This document shows, one piece after another, positions 35,501 through 50,500 of a stretch of 64,000 nucleotides of DNA. How positions within the stretch are numbered: position 1 is the first letter of the stretch; each line of letters begins with the position of its first letter. This DNA is from Euglena gracilis (Eukaryota), in contig CP154954.1 of assembly GCA_039621445.1 (NCBI GenBank), forward strand, positions 33,643,455-33,707,454. Direction: 5' to 3'. Below the pieces are notes generated by a model. The model was given only the letters and a program-made list of their open reading frames with translations. It was not told where the DNA came from and ran no database searches. A program made the position numbers and the translations under genes.

Positions 35501-38500
35501 GGTCGCTGCTGAGCAGCCCGAGGGCGGCCTGCGTAGCGGCGACGAAGGCGGGCGGGGCGGCGGCCTGGCGCTGCCCTTCCGCCGTCCCCGCCAGCCGCCC
35601 GCCCCGGCGGCCTGGCTTCCTGGGCTGGCCACCCCCCCCAATAAATGTGCAGTGCCCTGATTATGCGCAGTGCCCTTAGAAATGCACACCCCCCAAGCGT
35701 CCGAAACTACCTCCTTAACAGTGCCCAAAAGAGAAATCGCTGTCACTTCTCACGCCTGAAAGCACACAAAACCCTCAGAACTGTCCTTCTCGGACCAAAT
35801 ACCCCTATCATCCAAGCCCACATTTGGCACATAATCAGTTGACTCATAGCTTGCCATCGCAAGAAGGGAAAAATACTGAAAAAGAGTGTTGGAGAATTAA
35901 GTATTTTGTGTTGTTGCCGAATAAGTGCGCAGTGCCCTAATAAATGCACCCCTTGGGGTCCGAAACTACGTCCTTAAAATTTCCATTGCACCATTTGGCA
36001 CGGAAAATATAACTTTGAATAGGCCACTTCACCCAAGACCCAGTGCAACAGCGGTCCCACCTCCCCTCCACCAAGGTGCTCTGCTAAAAGTGCAAAGAAG
36101 AGGAGACGAATTAGGGTTGATGGCGACTTTGACTTGAAGAGAGGAATGGATGGAATGGATGAGAGATGCAAAGCTGACGCGATGCCGGCCGGCCCCCGGG
36201 CCAGCCCCCGGGGTCGGTCCGTCAGCGCCCAATGGCCTGCGGGCACCAAATGCACCCCCCCCACCCCCCAACTTGCCCAACAGTTGGGCAGCCCGAGCCG
36301 GTGGGGCGGACGGCTGGGCACCAGGAAGTCCAAAAACCAGTCAACGACGGCCATCACTCCTTCGTGGAGAGGTGCAAAGGCGAGGGCAGGCCGAAGGGGG
36401 CCTGCGGGGGAGAACCGGCGGTTGGGCAGTTCATTTTCGGTGGATGTGGGAAAGGTTGGCGTGCCCAGGGTCCGGGCCGTGAATTGCCAGCCTGGTTATG
36501 GCCCTCGGCACCGCAATGCGTTTCTCACATTGGAAAAATTCGCAACCTGGTGACTTACAAACACAACAAAAAAATCACACAAACAACACACAAACAAATA
36601 CAAAACATCACAGAGAAAAAAAAAACAGCATTTTCTTCAAAAAAAAGGGCGTTGGAACTGGAGTACCAAAAACAATGTGATAGAACTTTTTTTATAAAAA
36701 AAGCTACACATATAGAATCAATACGCCCAGCTGACACATGACACATGAGCTGTCAAAAAAAATGGGGATGTACCCGGAGGCAGGTGACAGACACCTTGGC
36801 CAGGCTCTGAACCGGCGAGGCCCTCCACCCGCTGCACCACCGCCTCGGCGGTGACCAGCACGTGCACCGCCAGCGGCAGCTCCAGCCCGCTCGTCCCCGC
36901 GACGCTCCGGCAGACAGCTGGGCTGCGTAGCGCCTCCAGCAGCGTCCGGAGCCGCCCGAGCCACGCGCTGGGGTCCGCCGCGCTGGGCGGTGGGGGCCCA
37001 TCTGGGGGAGGGCCACCGGCGGCAGGGGCGGCCTTTCGGACAGAAGTGTGGCCCGTGGGAAAAGAGGAAAACCAATGCCAATGGCCTGAACGGTGGGTGT
37101 GTGCAGACCCCAGGTTGTGTGACCCCCCCCAAACGATTTGTGCAAACTGCGGCATTTGACGTGGTGCACCTCCCCCGCCGATGGAGCAAGACGCGGAAAA
37201 CTGAAACGGAAGGAACGAAAATTGAAGCGGGTGGTGCAATTCAGCTTTTTCACCAGGCACTCCAGGCGTTGCGGATGGATTCAAAAAACCTGGGGGTCGG
37301 ATTTAAAATAAATGTGCGTCCTACAGCTGGAGGCGGCGGTAGTAATTGTGCATGATCAAAATACAGGCAACACACAACTCAAATATTGCCAAAATAGATC
37401 GTCGCTCAAAGGCCCTGCTGCAAGAGTGCCCAGGGAAGGCTCCTCCTGTGCGCCGGGCGGCGGGGGAACCGCAACAGGGTCCCCGGTCGAAGGGGCCAGC
37501 TTGGGCGGCAGGTCCGGGCACTGGCTGAGGGTGAGCTCCAGGGAGAGGAGGAGGGTGGGGATGACGGAGGGCTGTGGCTCTGCTTTGGACTCCCTGGGGG
37601 ATAGACCATGCAATATTTTACTCACCCCTTGGGGGGGGGGGTCGCTTCCACTCTTCCAAAACCAGTGAGTCACTTTTTTTTGAAAACCAGTCAACAACCT
37701 CCCGGGGGGAGGGGTTGGTGGAACTCAAGGGGGAAAAAATGACAATGAATGCGAAAATAATCAAAAAATTTGCCAGCACCTTTGGTGCTGGGTTACTTTG
37801 CTGAACCCCCAGACAAGCCAAATCAGTCACTCTGAAAAAACCAGTCACCCACCCCCAGTCAGTCAGTGACCAAGTCACTGAATGGGAAGGATGCAGGCAT
37901 TGTGTGTGATCGTTGCACGCCACAGTAGGACAGCCCGTCACGTTTTCCAGCCTATGCCTTCCCTCCTCCCTGCTCTTTGTGCCAGCATGGGGAGGCCAAC
38001 CCTTTGGTATGGGTCCGAGCCCAAAAAATGCTGCGACGCGCAGGAGGGCCACAGTGCGGCCTGCACCGACTTCACGGTGCAGCGGGGGCAGCGACTGTCC
38101 CGTTGCCAACCACAAACCCCCCACCAGCTCCAGAACACACACACACACACACACAGCACACACATACACAGACAGCACACATATACACACACAGCACACA
38201 CATACACACACAGCACGCATATACACACAGCACGCATATACACACACAGCACGCATATACACACACAGCACACATATACACACACAGCACACACATATAC
38301 ACACAGCACACATACACACACATACACACACAGCACACATTTACACACACAGCACACATAGACACACACAGCACACACATACACGCACAGCACACACATA
38401 CACACACAGCACACATATACACACAACACACACACATACACACACAGCACACATATACACACAGCACGCATATACACACACAGCACACATATACACACAC

Positions 38501-41500
38501 AGCATGCATATACACAGACACAGACACAGACAACCCCCCCCCACCAGCTCCCCCACGCCTCACATCTGGGCAAGGGCCCGTCGCTGCTCAGAGGGTCCCC
38601 ACCACGGAAGGAAACGCTGAGGCGTGGTCGCACAGCTTCTCGTCGGACTCTGTCAAGATGTGGACCACCGCCGCCGGGAATGGGGCAGGCCCTGCAAAGT
38701 GAGCATGCAGGCAGGGATCAGCCTTCTCTCAGCAAACCCGGAGAGAGGGGAATCTCCCCCACCCAACATGTAATGTCCCCCCTGGTGGCGTGGTGGGGGC
38801 GGAACAACAAAAAAACCCATTGAGGGAAAAACCCATTCTTCATCAGCTTTTTGACCTAGTCCTTGAAATTTCCATTGACATGGAATTTTGACAAAAACTT
38901 TCAGATTCGCCTGAAATATGAACTTCAAAACCCCATTTGCCATCAGTTTTTAAATCGCTAGAATGTGTGCAAATCTGGGCACAACATTGTATGCTAACCC
39001 GTCCGCCAAGACATTCATTCCCTAAACATGAAAAAAATTATCTGTCCAAGCACATTCAATGGAAAATCCACAAGCAAAACGGCCGGAAAATGGCCATATT
39101 TTGGCAAAAAACCAGTCCACTTCAGGGGGGGGGGATGGTTTCTGGCATCCTCCGACCATCGTCAATCCCCCACGGCACAAATTTTGCAATGAATGAAAAA
39201 TGTTTTGAATTTTTCAATTTTTAACCCCGTTCCACGCCTGGACCGGCCATTGGCCAGCCTTTGGGCCAAAAGCCGGCTATTATCCTTGCACAAAGCCACA
39301 CAACCAACCCGTGCACAAGCCGTGCGCACACCCATACACAAAGTCATGCGCAAATCCATGCACACATGTGTGCGCAAATTCGTCTGCAACCCCGTGCTCA
39401 AACCCGAGCGCAAACCTGGTAAGTCCGTGTGCAAATCCATGGGGAAAACCCTTGCGCAAAATTCTGCACCAATCCGTGCGCACTTCTGTGCCGCTAATCC
39501 ATGTGCAATCCTGAAACCCATGCGCTTGCTAACCTGCAAGCTAACCTGTGCAAACAACCATACGCACAAAAAGGTCCTTACGGTCCTCCCTGTGCGCCTT
39601 CCAGCCTTACGGGCTTGAGGGCCATTCCAGCAAATTGAATGAAAACTTCACAGGAAAAATGGGTGAAAATTCAGAGTTTCTCAGCAAACACAGGTAGGCG
39701 TTGGGAAAAAATGGTTTCTGGCATCCATGGATCATCACCAAAGCAGCCAAATATCAAAAAATGTGTTTTTCGACTTTTTAAGTTTCGACCACGTTCCAGT
39801 CCCGGTTCGGCCCTCGGACCCTTGGGCCCTTGGGCCTCAAGCTTTTCGTTAACAGGGGAAAAAAAGCAAATTTCCTGTCCCTTATGGACCGCCCTGCATA
39901 TGCAAACCCTGTGCACAAGGGTTTGTGCACAGGTTAGTGCACGGGTTTGAGAACCGGTGCGTAAACCTGCAGAAACCCATGTGCAAATCTGTGCGCAAAC
40001 CTGTGCATATCATTGGTCACAGAATTTTAGATTTTTTGTCAGAAATGCGATTTGTGTTGTTTTTTTTGAAAGTTGCTTTCCATTTCATCTTTTTCTCTGA
40101 ACTGATTTCTGGTTTACGCACAGGTTTGTGTCAAGGTTGCGCACCGATATTGGCAAGAGCCAATATCGGTCCAAGCACGTGCGGGTTTGTGCAGGGGTAG
40201 GCACACACATCAAATCAGCATTAGTGTACGGGTTTGCGCACAGGGCTTTGCACGGGATGGCAGCAAACCCCCCAAACAGCCCCCCACGGGGGGGGGTGTT
40301 TGGGGACTCCAGGGGGAGGGGGTGTTTGCTGGCACCCGGTTCCGAAATTTCTGACTTTTCGAACCTGCGGCGCATGGAACCGCGCCGAATGCGGGCGAGT
40401 GGGTGCTATTTAGGAATCGGATCAGGGTTGGATCGGCGAGGCGAAAATTGGTTAAACTTGGGGAGAAAATTGGGCTGAGAGTTAGGTCCCCGATTTGGAA
40501 GATTTTCCAGTCGCACATTTGCCCGAATTTTCCGAATTTCGTCCATAATTTGGCTCAACTGGATCGGAATCAGGCCTACCTTATTTCGATGTTTCCGATA
40601 CTTCTTTCTTTCCATTTATTTCAAAATTTCCGATGTTTGGGAAACTTGCGGAGATCCCCCTGGAGTCCCCAACGCCCCTCCGGGGAAGCGGAAAGGCTGG
40701 AATTGGACAAGCACTTGGGAGAATTATTTGCCTGCTGAATTCAAAAGTTTATTGAAATTGCCTTTGGGGTTCCTGCACGCCCGCAAATCAGAGCAATATG
40801 TCCACGACGCAACAAAGCCACATCAAACATGCAATCCCATTGAGGGGGGGGGGGCAGTTCATCTGGTGGCGAGTTTGAGCCAGCTGAGACATCCAGTCCT
40901 GTCCCTCCACAGGTTGTGGCAGGCACACCGGGACTCGTCCCCAACGTGCGCGGCGGCTCCAGCTGCCCCAACAGCCCCAGCGCGTCACAGCAATGCGATG
41001 GGCCAGGCCTTTGCCCCCTTCGCCCCCGACACCCCCGATGGGACCCGGGGCGATGGGGCTCCTCCCGGCCCGGCGGCCAAAGCCTGGGCAGGGCCAGGCC
41101 CACGAGGCTGCTGTGCCACACCGGCAGCCAGCGGACGGCCTGCAGCAGCGCCAGGGCCCCGGGAAGGTCGAACACCGGCACTGCAGGCGGTGAGGTGGCG
41201 CTGCGGACCTGGCCGGGCGGCAGGGCACCCTCCGAGCAAGGTGCAACTGCTGTCTGGACAATTTTTTTTTACCGACCTCGGAGGGGGGGTCACTTTCCCT
41301 CTGACCAAACCCAGTCAGTCACCACCCCCTGGGGGTTGGCCACTCTGTTGGCCTCTGGGATCCAAGACAAAATTGACCACAATTGTGGGGGGGGAAAGCC
41401 AAAAAGTTTTCCAGCGCCTTCAGCGCCAGGTCTCTTTAATGCCCCCCCCCCTCTGTGGGAGGAAGGGTTTGGGCCAAAACCAGTCAGTCATTCTGAAAAT

Positions 41501-44500
41501 ACCAGTAACCCGTGGGCGGCCCGGGGGCCGTATGGCGCCCCCCGGTGCCCCTCGTGCATGGGAGGCAGCCTTTTGTGCATGCCGGGGTGGTGGGAGGGCC
41601 CCGTCGATTTGCCGCAGCCCCCTCAAAGGGTCTACGTCGCTGCACAGTTTCCACCTCAGCAGCGCAATCTTACCGCGCCATCTACAAGGACACCGGCATT
41701 CAACCACTGAGTCACTGGCCCCTTCGGGGGGGGGGGCTTGCTGCCCCGGCCCCGGCCCGGCAGGGGCACCGGCACGGCGATGCCCGCGGAGCGGAACGCC
41801 GTCTGCAGGAACACGCCGAACAGCCGCTGCCAGGCGGCGTCGCCCGCGCTGCCCGCCCCCCCCCCCCTGCCGGCTGTTGACACAAAGTTGGACTCTGAAT
41901 TTTCGGTTGGACCACTGCTGGGTAACCCCCCCAAATATAAAGCCCCCCCCCCGGAGATATATTCGGGCGGGATTTCAAGACCCCGGGGGGGGGGGCTTTG
42001 TGTTTGGGGGTGAACATCAAACTTTTCTGGGTGGGCTATAAAAACGTTGGTGGCCTTTAACTGCAGTCAAATTCATGCCAAAATTTTGATGTGTGCCTCC
42101 TATTTCACCCAAAATGTGCAATTTTGTCCAAAAAATGGAGCATTTCTGGCGAAAAAAACATGCTGCACCCCCAAAGTTTTTACCCTTTCCTGAATGACAC
42201 CATTGTCTGGTATCAGGAGGGGCTTTATATTTGGGTGGCAAAACCAAACCCCCTGGGGGGCTTTATGATTGGGGGGTCGCTGAGCTCTTATCACTTTATG
42301 GGTGAGAGCGAAGCTCCCCCTCTCAGGGCAACCTCGGGAGCACCAACCTTTCCGGTATCCCACCTCAGGAAGTCATCTCATCCCCCAAGGTCCCCCGCAT
42401 CCACCGAACCCCTATAGTCCTAATTTTGCGTCTGGCCTGAATTACGCCTGTTTTAATGAGCCCACATCCAAAAAAGGGACCATAAAACAGTGTCTATCTG
42501 CCAGCAAGAAAATGTGTATTTTGGAAATAACTCCCCAGGAACGCCGAGTCGTCCAAAGGGGGCCAGTGGAAGAATTCAAGCCCGTGCGACGCTCTATCCA
42601 ACAATATCTGGCTTTCCCAGTGACTCCACGGATAGCCAAAATTATGCCCCCATTCTGCAGCCTCGTTTTTTGGCGCGTTTTCGGCGTTTTTTGGCCTGTT
42701 TTTTTTGGGGGACAAACCGGGCCAAAAAAATAAAATTTTCCAAATATCTCGAAAATGAAGCAAAATCAAGCAAAATGTCTGGAGACCTAAAGCCGATCTA
42801 ACGGTATTTTGGTTTCCCTGCCAGTCTGAGATATGGCCGATTTACGGCCCGAAACAGCGAGGCATGCTTTTGACTTTGCCGGTTTTCGGTCTTTTGGGGT
42901 TAAAAAATTGATTTCCCCAAATTCCTAAAAATGGTGGGGAATCAATGGAAATATCCGGCGACCTAAACTAAAGCCCTAGGAACGCTCCATATGTCTGTAC
43001 ATAATTTTTTTGCCACCTCCCTCCCTGGCCCAAAGGCCATTTTCCGGCCATTTTGGCCAAAAATCGCGAAATACCAATCATCTGCAGAATGAAGCAAAAT
43101 CAAGCAAAATGTCTGAGATCTAAATTGAATCCCTTAAAGTGACTAATGTACCAGTATTTCTATTTCCCTGTAACCCCCCGCCTCGCCTTAGATATGGCCG
43201 ATTTACGGTCCAACACAGCGTGGCAGGCGTCCGCCTCTTTTCGCCGTTTTCCACCATTTTTGGATCAAAACATCTCCCCCAAAATTTCTCAAAAATGGTG
43301 GGAATCAAAGGAAACGTCTAGGAATGCATATGTCCTTGTGGTCAATTTTTTTTTTGCAACTCCCTTCCTGCCCAATTTCCGGCCCATTTCGGGCCTTTTT
43401 CGGGCTGTTTTGGCCCAAAGAATCGCGGAAATGCAAAATATCTCGAAAATGGAGCAAAATCAAGCAAAATGTTTGGAGACCTAAATTGAAGCCCTGAAGA
43501 ATGCCCGATCTAACGGTATTTTGATTTCTCCACCTAGCCTGAGATATGGCCGATTTAAAAACTAATACAGTGAGGCATGCTTCCGCCTCTGCTGTCTTTG
43601 GTCATTTTTTGGGTCAAAAAAATCGATCGATGTCCCCAAAATTTCTCAAAAAATGTGCAGCGACCTAAAACAAAGCCATAGGAACGCTCCAGAGGTGCCC
43701 AGCAAACCCTAAACATTCAAACTTTATTTCCGTCCCTTTATTGCACACATCCACATGCAAACATTAAGAGTTCAGCACTATTCAAAACCTGGTTTACTTT
43801 TTGTAACCTGCCCACACCCACACCCACACCAGGCTCTTTTTTAAGACACCTCCAACCTACCCAGCCCTGCGTGGGACGCCCCAGGGGGGACCCCAAATAT
43901 CGGGTCATGTAATGGCATTTCCCAAAATTTGACCTTTTGGTTGAGGGTGTTCGGACCACCTTATTGGCAATTTTGACAGAATTTGTCAAAATTGCCAAAA
44001 AAAGGGAATTGAGAAATTGCCAAAAGAAAAGGAAAAATTGAGCTCTTTGGTGGGTTTTTGACCCGCTTGACAGGTGGGGAGGGGCGGACCCCCTCAGTCC
44101 AGGAGGGGGGGCCCTACCCTCTGGAGCGCTCCCCATAGCTGTGACACCCTCCTCACCCTGCCCCAACAGGGGTTTTCTTAATGACTTTCTTGAGGCCGGC
44201 TGGAAAAAGGTGCTGGCTGGACCCCAGTTTCCCCAGGTTGGAGGATCCAGGGGGGGGGGTCTAGCCGATTGCCTGAACTGGGTCCTCCAAAGGGGGGGGG
44301 GCAACTTGCATTTTCCAACCTCTGAGAATTTGGATTTTTGCACCGCTTGATTTTTTTCAAAGGAGAATTGGGGCCAGGGGTTTTTGATTCTGAAGCCGGA
44401 GGTGACCCAACCCCAGGTTGGGTCACTCCAGCAGCACCTTTTTTCCCCATCAGCAGCTCCCACCTGAGCATCGCCCCCCTCTGGGGGGATCCACTGAAAC

Positions 44501-47500
44501 AACACTTGGGCCTGCCAACCAGCCACCCGGCGAAGCAAAAGTTAAAAAAGGGGTCAATATTTCCAAAATGGCATTTTTTGAGCGGGTTTTGGTTTTTCAC
44601 CTCCAAATTTTGACTGAAAAAAATGAGAACCCGGCTGCATTTGGACTTTTTGCCTTTTTGGGGGTACCAACCAGGCCCAGCCGGCTCAGTTCTCGCACCA
44701 ACGGTTCACGGCACGCACGGGCTGCCGGGCAGCGGACACGCATGCAGGACGCCGGGAACACGTCGCGGGTGAGCCCGGCCGGGTGGTAGTGGTGCTGGGC
44801 CGGGGACAGGGGCGCACTGATCCTGAACTGTGAACTGACTGACGGGCGAAGCCGTGTGAGTGTGAGCGCCGTCCGACCGGGGGACCCCCCCCCCAGGGCA
44901 CATCCAGCCACCCACGCCGTGCCTCCCCTCCCCAGCCCCACCCTGGGGTCCCGGGGGAGTGAGCCCTTGGCCAGGAGCCGCTGCACGAGGGGGCCAAAAG
45001 CAGGGCTGCATGGGACGGCTTGGTGGCAGGGGGGGAACACATGCCCATGGGCAAAATGAAAAAGTGCAATGAAGGGAAAACCAGACGTCAGAAAACGCCA
45101 CGGGTATTATATACATACGCACACACACACATACATACATACATACATACACACACATACATACATACATACATACATACATACATACATACATACATAC
45201 ATACATACATACATACATACATACATACATACATACATACATACATACATACATACATACATACATACATACATACATACATACATACATACATACATAC
45301 ATACATACATACACACATACATACATGCATTCAAGCACACGCACATATGTATACTTATATATTAACCCTCCCTACTGGTGGGGGGGTCGACCCTCCCCCA
45401 CCAAGTAGGTGGGGAGGTGGTCTGACCACACATGCCCCCCATCCGGGTGCCGGGATCCCCGGTCAGCCCTGGCCCGAGGCCAGCGCCGCCTCCAGCACCT
45501 CCTCGACCACGGCCGCCGTGGGCTGCAGCGCCGGCACCGTGGAGCACTGCGCCCACAGCCGGCCAAGCAGCGCCAGCAGGTGCGGCCCGCCCCCCTCTGG
45601 GCCGGCCCCGGCCCACATGGTGCACACGGAGGCATGTGAGGCGCTGTGGCTGGGTTGTGGGGGGCAGTGGTCACACACAGGTCACACCCCGTGTGTGACC
45701 TACCAGGTGGGGGTGTGGGGGCCGTTGGCTGGCGGGGGTCTGGCAAGGTGCGGGCTGAGCTGGGGGCGGGGTGGGAGAGGGCGGCGGTGGTGGGCGGGTG
45801 GAGGGTGAGGCTGGCGGCCAGCGCCTCGGCATAGCAGGCGTAGTCCTCCTCCAGGGAGGCGGTCCAGGCGCGGTGGGTGCGGGGCAGCGGCCACGGGCAG
45901 GGCCGGGGCAGGGCCCAAGCGTGGGGGGGAGTACCACCCTCGCACATCTCACACACATCCATACCTCCTCCTGTCCACAAACACCAACCATAACCTCAGA
46001 CCACGGCGTCTCCAAACGAAACCTCCAGGGGGAGATCCAGGTCAGAGGCTGGAAATTTTGGACTGGCTGGAAAAGGCCGTGGCTGACCCCCCCACTTTCC
46101 CCTGGCAGAACCGGGCACCGAAAAATTGAAACTGCACAAAAATGCCCCAAAACTGCAAATGATGTGAAAAAAATGGACGTTGTAACCAAAATTTTGACCT
46201 GCCTTATTCTTAAAACCATTTTATGCTGATCTTTTTAGCCCATTTTTGCACCGGCAAGCCAAAAATTTGTCACCATCCAGCCGCCCTTCATGCGGATAGA
46301 CAGGAAAAAAATGCAATCATCGACGAGGGGGGAGAGACTGGAAAAAAGGCTGGCTGGCTGTCTGGCCTCCCCCCCCCCATTGTGGGGAGTGGGGTTCCCT
46401 TCAGCTCAAGCGAAGCCCTGCCTCAGACACCTACCCACACTTACCATACTGAACGGATGACTCCGAATGCACCTCCATTAGAATTAAGCATCACTTCACA
46501 ATTGCTTAGACGTGCCCCCAACACAATAAGCAGGGGGAGAAAATGCCACAAAGTATCTCAAAATATGCACTCCAAAAATGCAAAAAAAAGCAAGTTGTAA
46601 TTCCTTTAGGACCTCCCTGGGATGTAGACTTGGTTGGAGAGGACTTAGAAACGGCAGCCATTGACTTAACGACCCCCCCCCCCGAGGTCGTTAAGCCGCC
46701 AAAAAATTTGAGTTATTGACGGAATTGGGTTAGGGTCAGGAGTGAGGCCTAGCTTTAGGCCTGACTAAAAGATTGGTGTCAGGTGTACAAGTTAGGCCAA
46801 AAATTAGGCCTGTTTCCTAACCCATCAATAACACAAAAATTTTTGACCCCCCTGGACGGACTTGACGACCCACCCAAGGGGGGAGGTCGTTAAATCAATG
46901 GCTGCCTTAGAAACATTTTCAATAGAGCATATTTGAAACAATCAATAACATTTTTTCCCAAGGGACACAGAATGAGGAAAAAAGCAATAATATCCTGCAC
47001 GCTTTTTTCAAAAAACAAACCCTAAAACAAAAAAATGACACACCAAGAGCAAGAATGGTGCAAAGCTTTGCAGTGGCACGGTCGATTGCCCAATTGCACA
47101 CATTTCATTATGCAACAACTTAAAACACAAAATTGGACTAAATTCTATGCAACCCCAGCATGTCTGGGAACCAGAGGTTTCCTTCGGACCCGGGGGGGGT
47201 CCAGACCCACCCACCCACTATTGGAGGGGTCAATTTTGAGGTCCAAATTTTTTTTTCGGCACTTTGAGCCGAAAATAGAAGAAAACCACAACCAGGACCC
47301 ATCAACCCCAGGTCATGAAAAAATCTCTGCTGGGGACTCTTATAGGTGAGCAATTTCCCTGTCAGGTTCTGGTCCAGGCATAACTCTAAATGTGACCAAA
47401 TAAAACGTCCTCCGACATTCTAAATACCACCCCACTCTGATCCTGACATCTGAACATTACAATGGAATTGCATTGATTCCGTTTGGATTCCGAGAAAAAA

Positions 47501-50500
47501 CACAGGCGCCATCAGCAGACAGGTGCGAGGACACAACACAACAACCGCAACACCCCCAGTCATCCCCGTGGCCCTGGCAACACCTGCGGCAGGACCGCCG
47601 AGCTGGGCTTGACCGGGCAGTGCAACACGCAGGGGAGGAGGAGGAGGACGCCGCGGAGAACGTCGAGGGCCATGGCCGGCTGGTCGGACAGGTTGCAGTG
47701 CGCGAATTCCTCCTGCACAATGGGGGGCCGGGCGGAAAAGGGAATGCCCTCCGTCGGTCTGGCTCTGAAGCCATTGGGGGAGCCTGTGCTTGGGGGCAGT
47801 TTGCCTCTGATTGTGCTTCGTGAGAACTCCCTCCTTGCCTGGAAATCCGGGACTTCAAAGGCGGAACGCAGAAAATGCCCAGAAAACTAAAGGAGGCTTT
47901 GTGCTGGACCCTTGGTCGGACACAGGTGTGCCGGGAAAAAAGCATGTGTTTGGACGATGGCTGACGAAGACTGGCAGCATTCCATGCCGGCACCGCCCTG
48001 CTTTCTGTCGTCCAAGGGGCACGTCGGGGAATTCACGGAACTGGGAGTGAGGGACGTTGGGGGGGGGCCGGCACCGGCGGGGGGGGGGGGGGGGCACACC
48101 AGGGCGGCGCTCAGGGCACCGAGCAGGGCCTCCACCGTCAGCAGCTGCTGGGCGACGGCGGTCACGGCGAAGCAGCCCACGGCGGCGGCGGTGGCGGGCA
48201 GGGCGGCTGGCAGGGCATCCGCCGCCCGGTCCCCCTCCGTTTTGCGGACCCCGGCGTACGGGGGCAGGCGGGGGGGGGGGCGAATAAGAAATTGAGCAAA
48301 AAATACGACTTTTCTTGAGTTTGCTAATTTTTTTTAAAAAAACAAACAAAAAACAAATGATATTAATATGATGCCCCCATCTTCCCCAACTTAAATATGT
48401 TCCTGGATATGTGATTTGGGGTATAAATTTGCGGGGGGGGGGATGGATCAGTGGTGCATTTAATGGAAAAAATGGCAGTTGTGGTGACTGGCAGCCATCG
48501 CCAGAGAGGTTACTCTGTGGATGAATGTTTGCCGGGGTTGTGTGCATCTGCACATGTGCATCACCGCAAAATAAATACGCAAGTTCCCGACATCCTCAGC
48601 CTGGGCAACAGTCGCCAGTAATATGGCCCCAGCAGGACCAGGGGGTTCGGTTGCAGGGCTCCGGGCAGGCTTCAATCTAAGGGTAGGTGGGGGGGTGGGT
48701 TGGACCCCCCTCCTGTCCAGCAGGGGAGGGGGGACACCCCCCACCCCACCTGAGCAGTGGCGCGGTCTGGGTGACCGATTTTCGGCCCCCAAGACCACCA
48801 AAAATGCCATTTTGGACACTCATTGGGCAAAAACTTGTCAAAAAGGCCAAAAATCTTCAGCTCAAGAGGCAGAAAAGTTTGACCTTTTTGGGGGTTCCGG
48901 GTACCCCCCCCAAGGTGGGTCCGGACCCCCCTTGGCAGGTAAGAGGGGGTCCGGACCATACCATTGCTTAGCGACCCCCGGGGGGAGAGGGGGTCACTTT
49001 CCACTCCGAAAAAAACCAGTCAGTCACTTTTTCTGAAAAAAACCAGTCAGTCACTTTACCCCCCCCACCCCCGGGGGGATCGGCCACTCTTCAGGAGGCA
49101 ATGAAAATTGGCCAAAAAGCCTCAAAAAATCCAAAAAAATTCTGGCGCCTTCGGCGCCGGGCCAGCCACTTTCCCATTTTCGGGTCTACCCCATCCCCGG
49201 GGGGGGGGGGGCTCTTGGCCAAAAAAATCAGTCAGTCACTCTGAAAAAACCAGTCAGTCACCCCCCCCCCCGGGAGTGGGGTGGGACAGGTGTTAAGCAA
49301 TGGTATGGTCCGGACCCTCCCTATGGTCCAAGAGGGCTCCCCACCTGAACCACGTACGCCCTCCTTTTGTCGAACCCTGGCTCCGGGGCTGGGTGTTCCC
49401 TGCCCAGGGAAGGTATTGGTGCCCCCACAAGCAATCCCCTCCCACGAACATGCTGTGGTGTACCATTTTCTTCCAAGGAATGGGGGGCTGCACCACTTTT
49501 CCCTCCGCACCTCGCGAATAACAATCAACAAAGCAATTTTTGGCCTTTGAACCACATGACACTTTTGTTTTCATTTCTAACAGCAGAGATGACCCCGAAA
49601 GAGACCGATAAACAAAAAGAAAAGCAAATTTCACAGGAATTTAAACTACAAAAAAAGAAGAGGAAAATTTTACCCCCGCCAGGCTTCTGTTTCCACTGGT
49701 GAACGTTTGGCTTATCCGCAGTTATCTATAATTGTCTGCAGTTATCCGTATTTGAAGTTCTGGTTCATCCGTGGTTATCCGTAGGTGTCCAGAGTTACCC
49801 GTATTTGGGGATTTCAGACTTATCGGTAGTTATCCGTAATTATCCGCAGTTATCTGTTTCAGGATGAGCACCAATCCCTGAACTCCTCCCAGATCCCCTG
49901 CCTCAGGACCACAGATTTCACCGGGGGGGGGGCACCTTTTCCCGGGCCCAAACCCACCCACGCACTTTTTCGAAAACCCACCCCCCCAAATTCCAGCCAA
50001 AATCGGCCGAAATTGCTGGGAAAAATTTTTCTGGCCCGGCATTTGGCCATACAAAACCTGACCCATGGCGCACCCCACCCCAGGGTGGTCCTGGGGTCCC
50101 AACCCACCCACCCACTCTCAAAACCCTCCCAGGGGGGGGGGTCACACAGGTGTTAAATGAATTTATGCTCTGGACATGGACCCCCCTCGGTTGCACAAGG
50201 CCTCTTGTCTGTTTATGGCCGGCGGTAACTGGACCCCCCCCCCCGGCGGAGGTTCTTCCAAATTAAAAAGAAGCCTGACCCCCTCCTGCACACTGAGCGC
50301 GCCATATAATGTCTGTATGCCCCGGGGGCCCTGGCTGCCAGGTAGGGTAGGGCGTGGGACTGCACGATGATCGCCACCGCCGCGCCGGCGTACACCACCT
50401 GCGCCCCGACCTCCCGCAGGATGGAGGCGTAGCCCTGCATGCTGCGGAGGTCGCCCTTCCCTGCCGCCAGCGTCCCCAGGGGAAGGAGGGGATGGGAAAC

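Noticed and set aside
40728-42041. 437-aa plus-strand ORF
   Set aside because: Antisense to host exons and running through MITE sequence.
37618-45365. HT/YIHT/CMYV-repeat ORFs at 37.6-38.7 and 45.0-45.4 kb
   Set aside because: Translations of intronic CA-rich and (TACA)n repeats.
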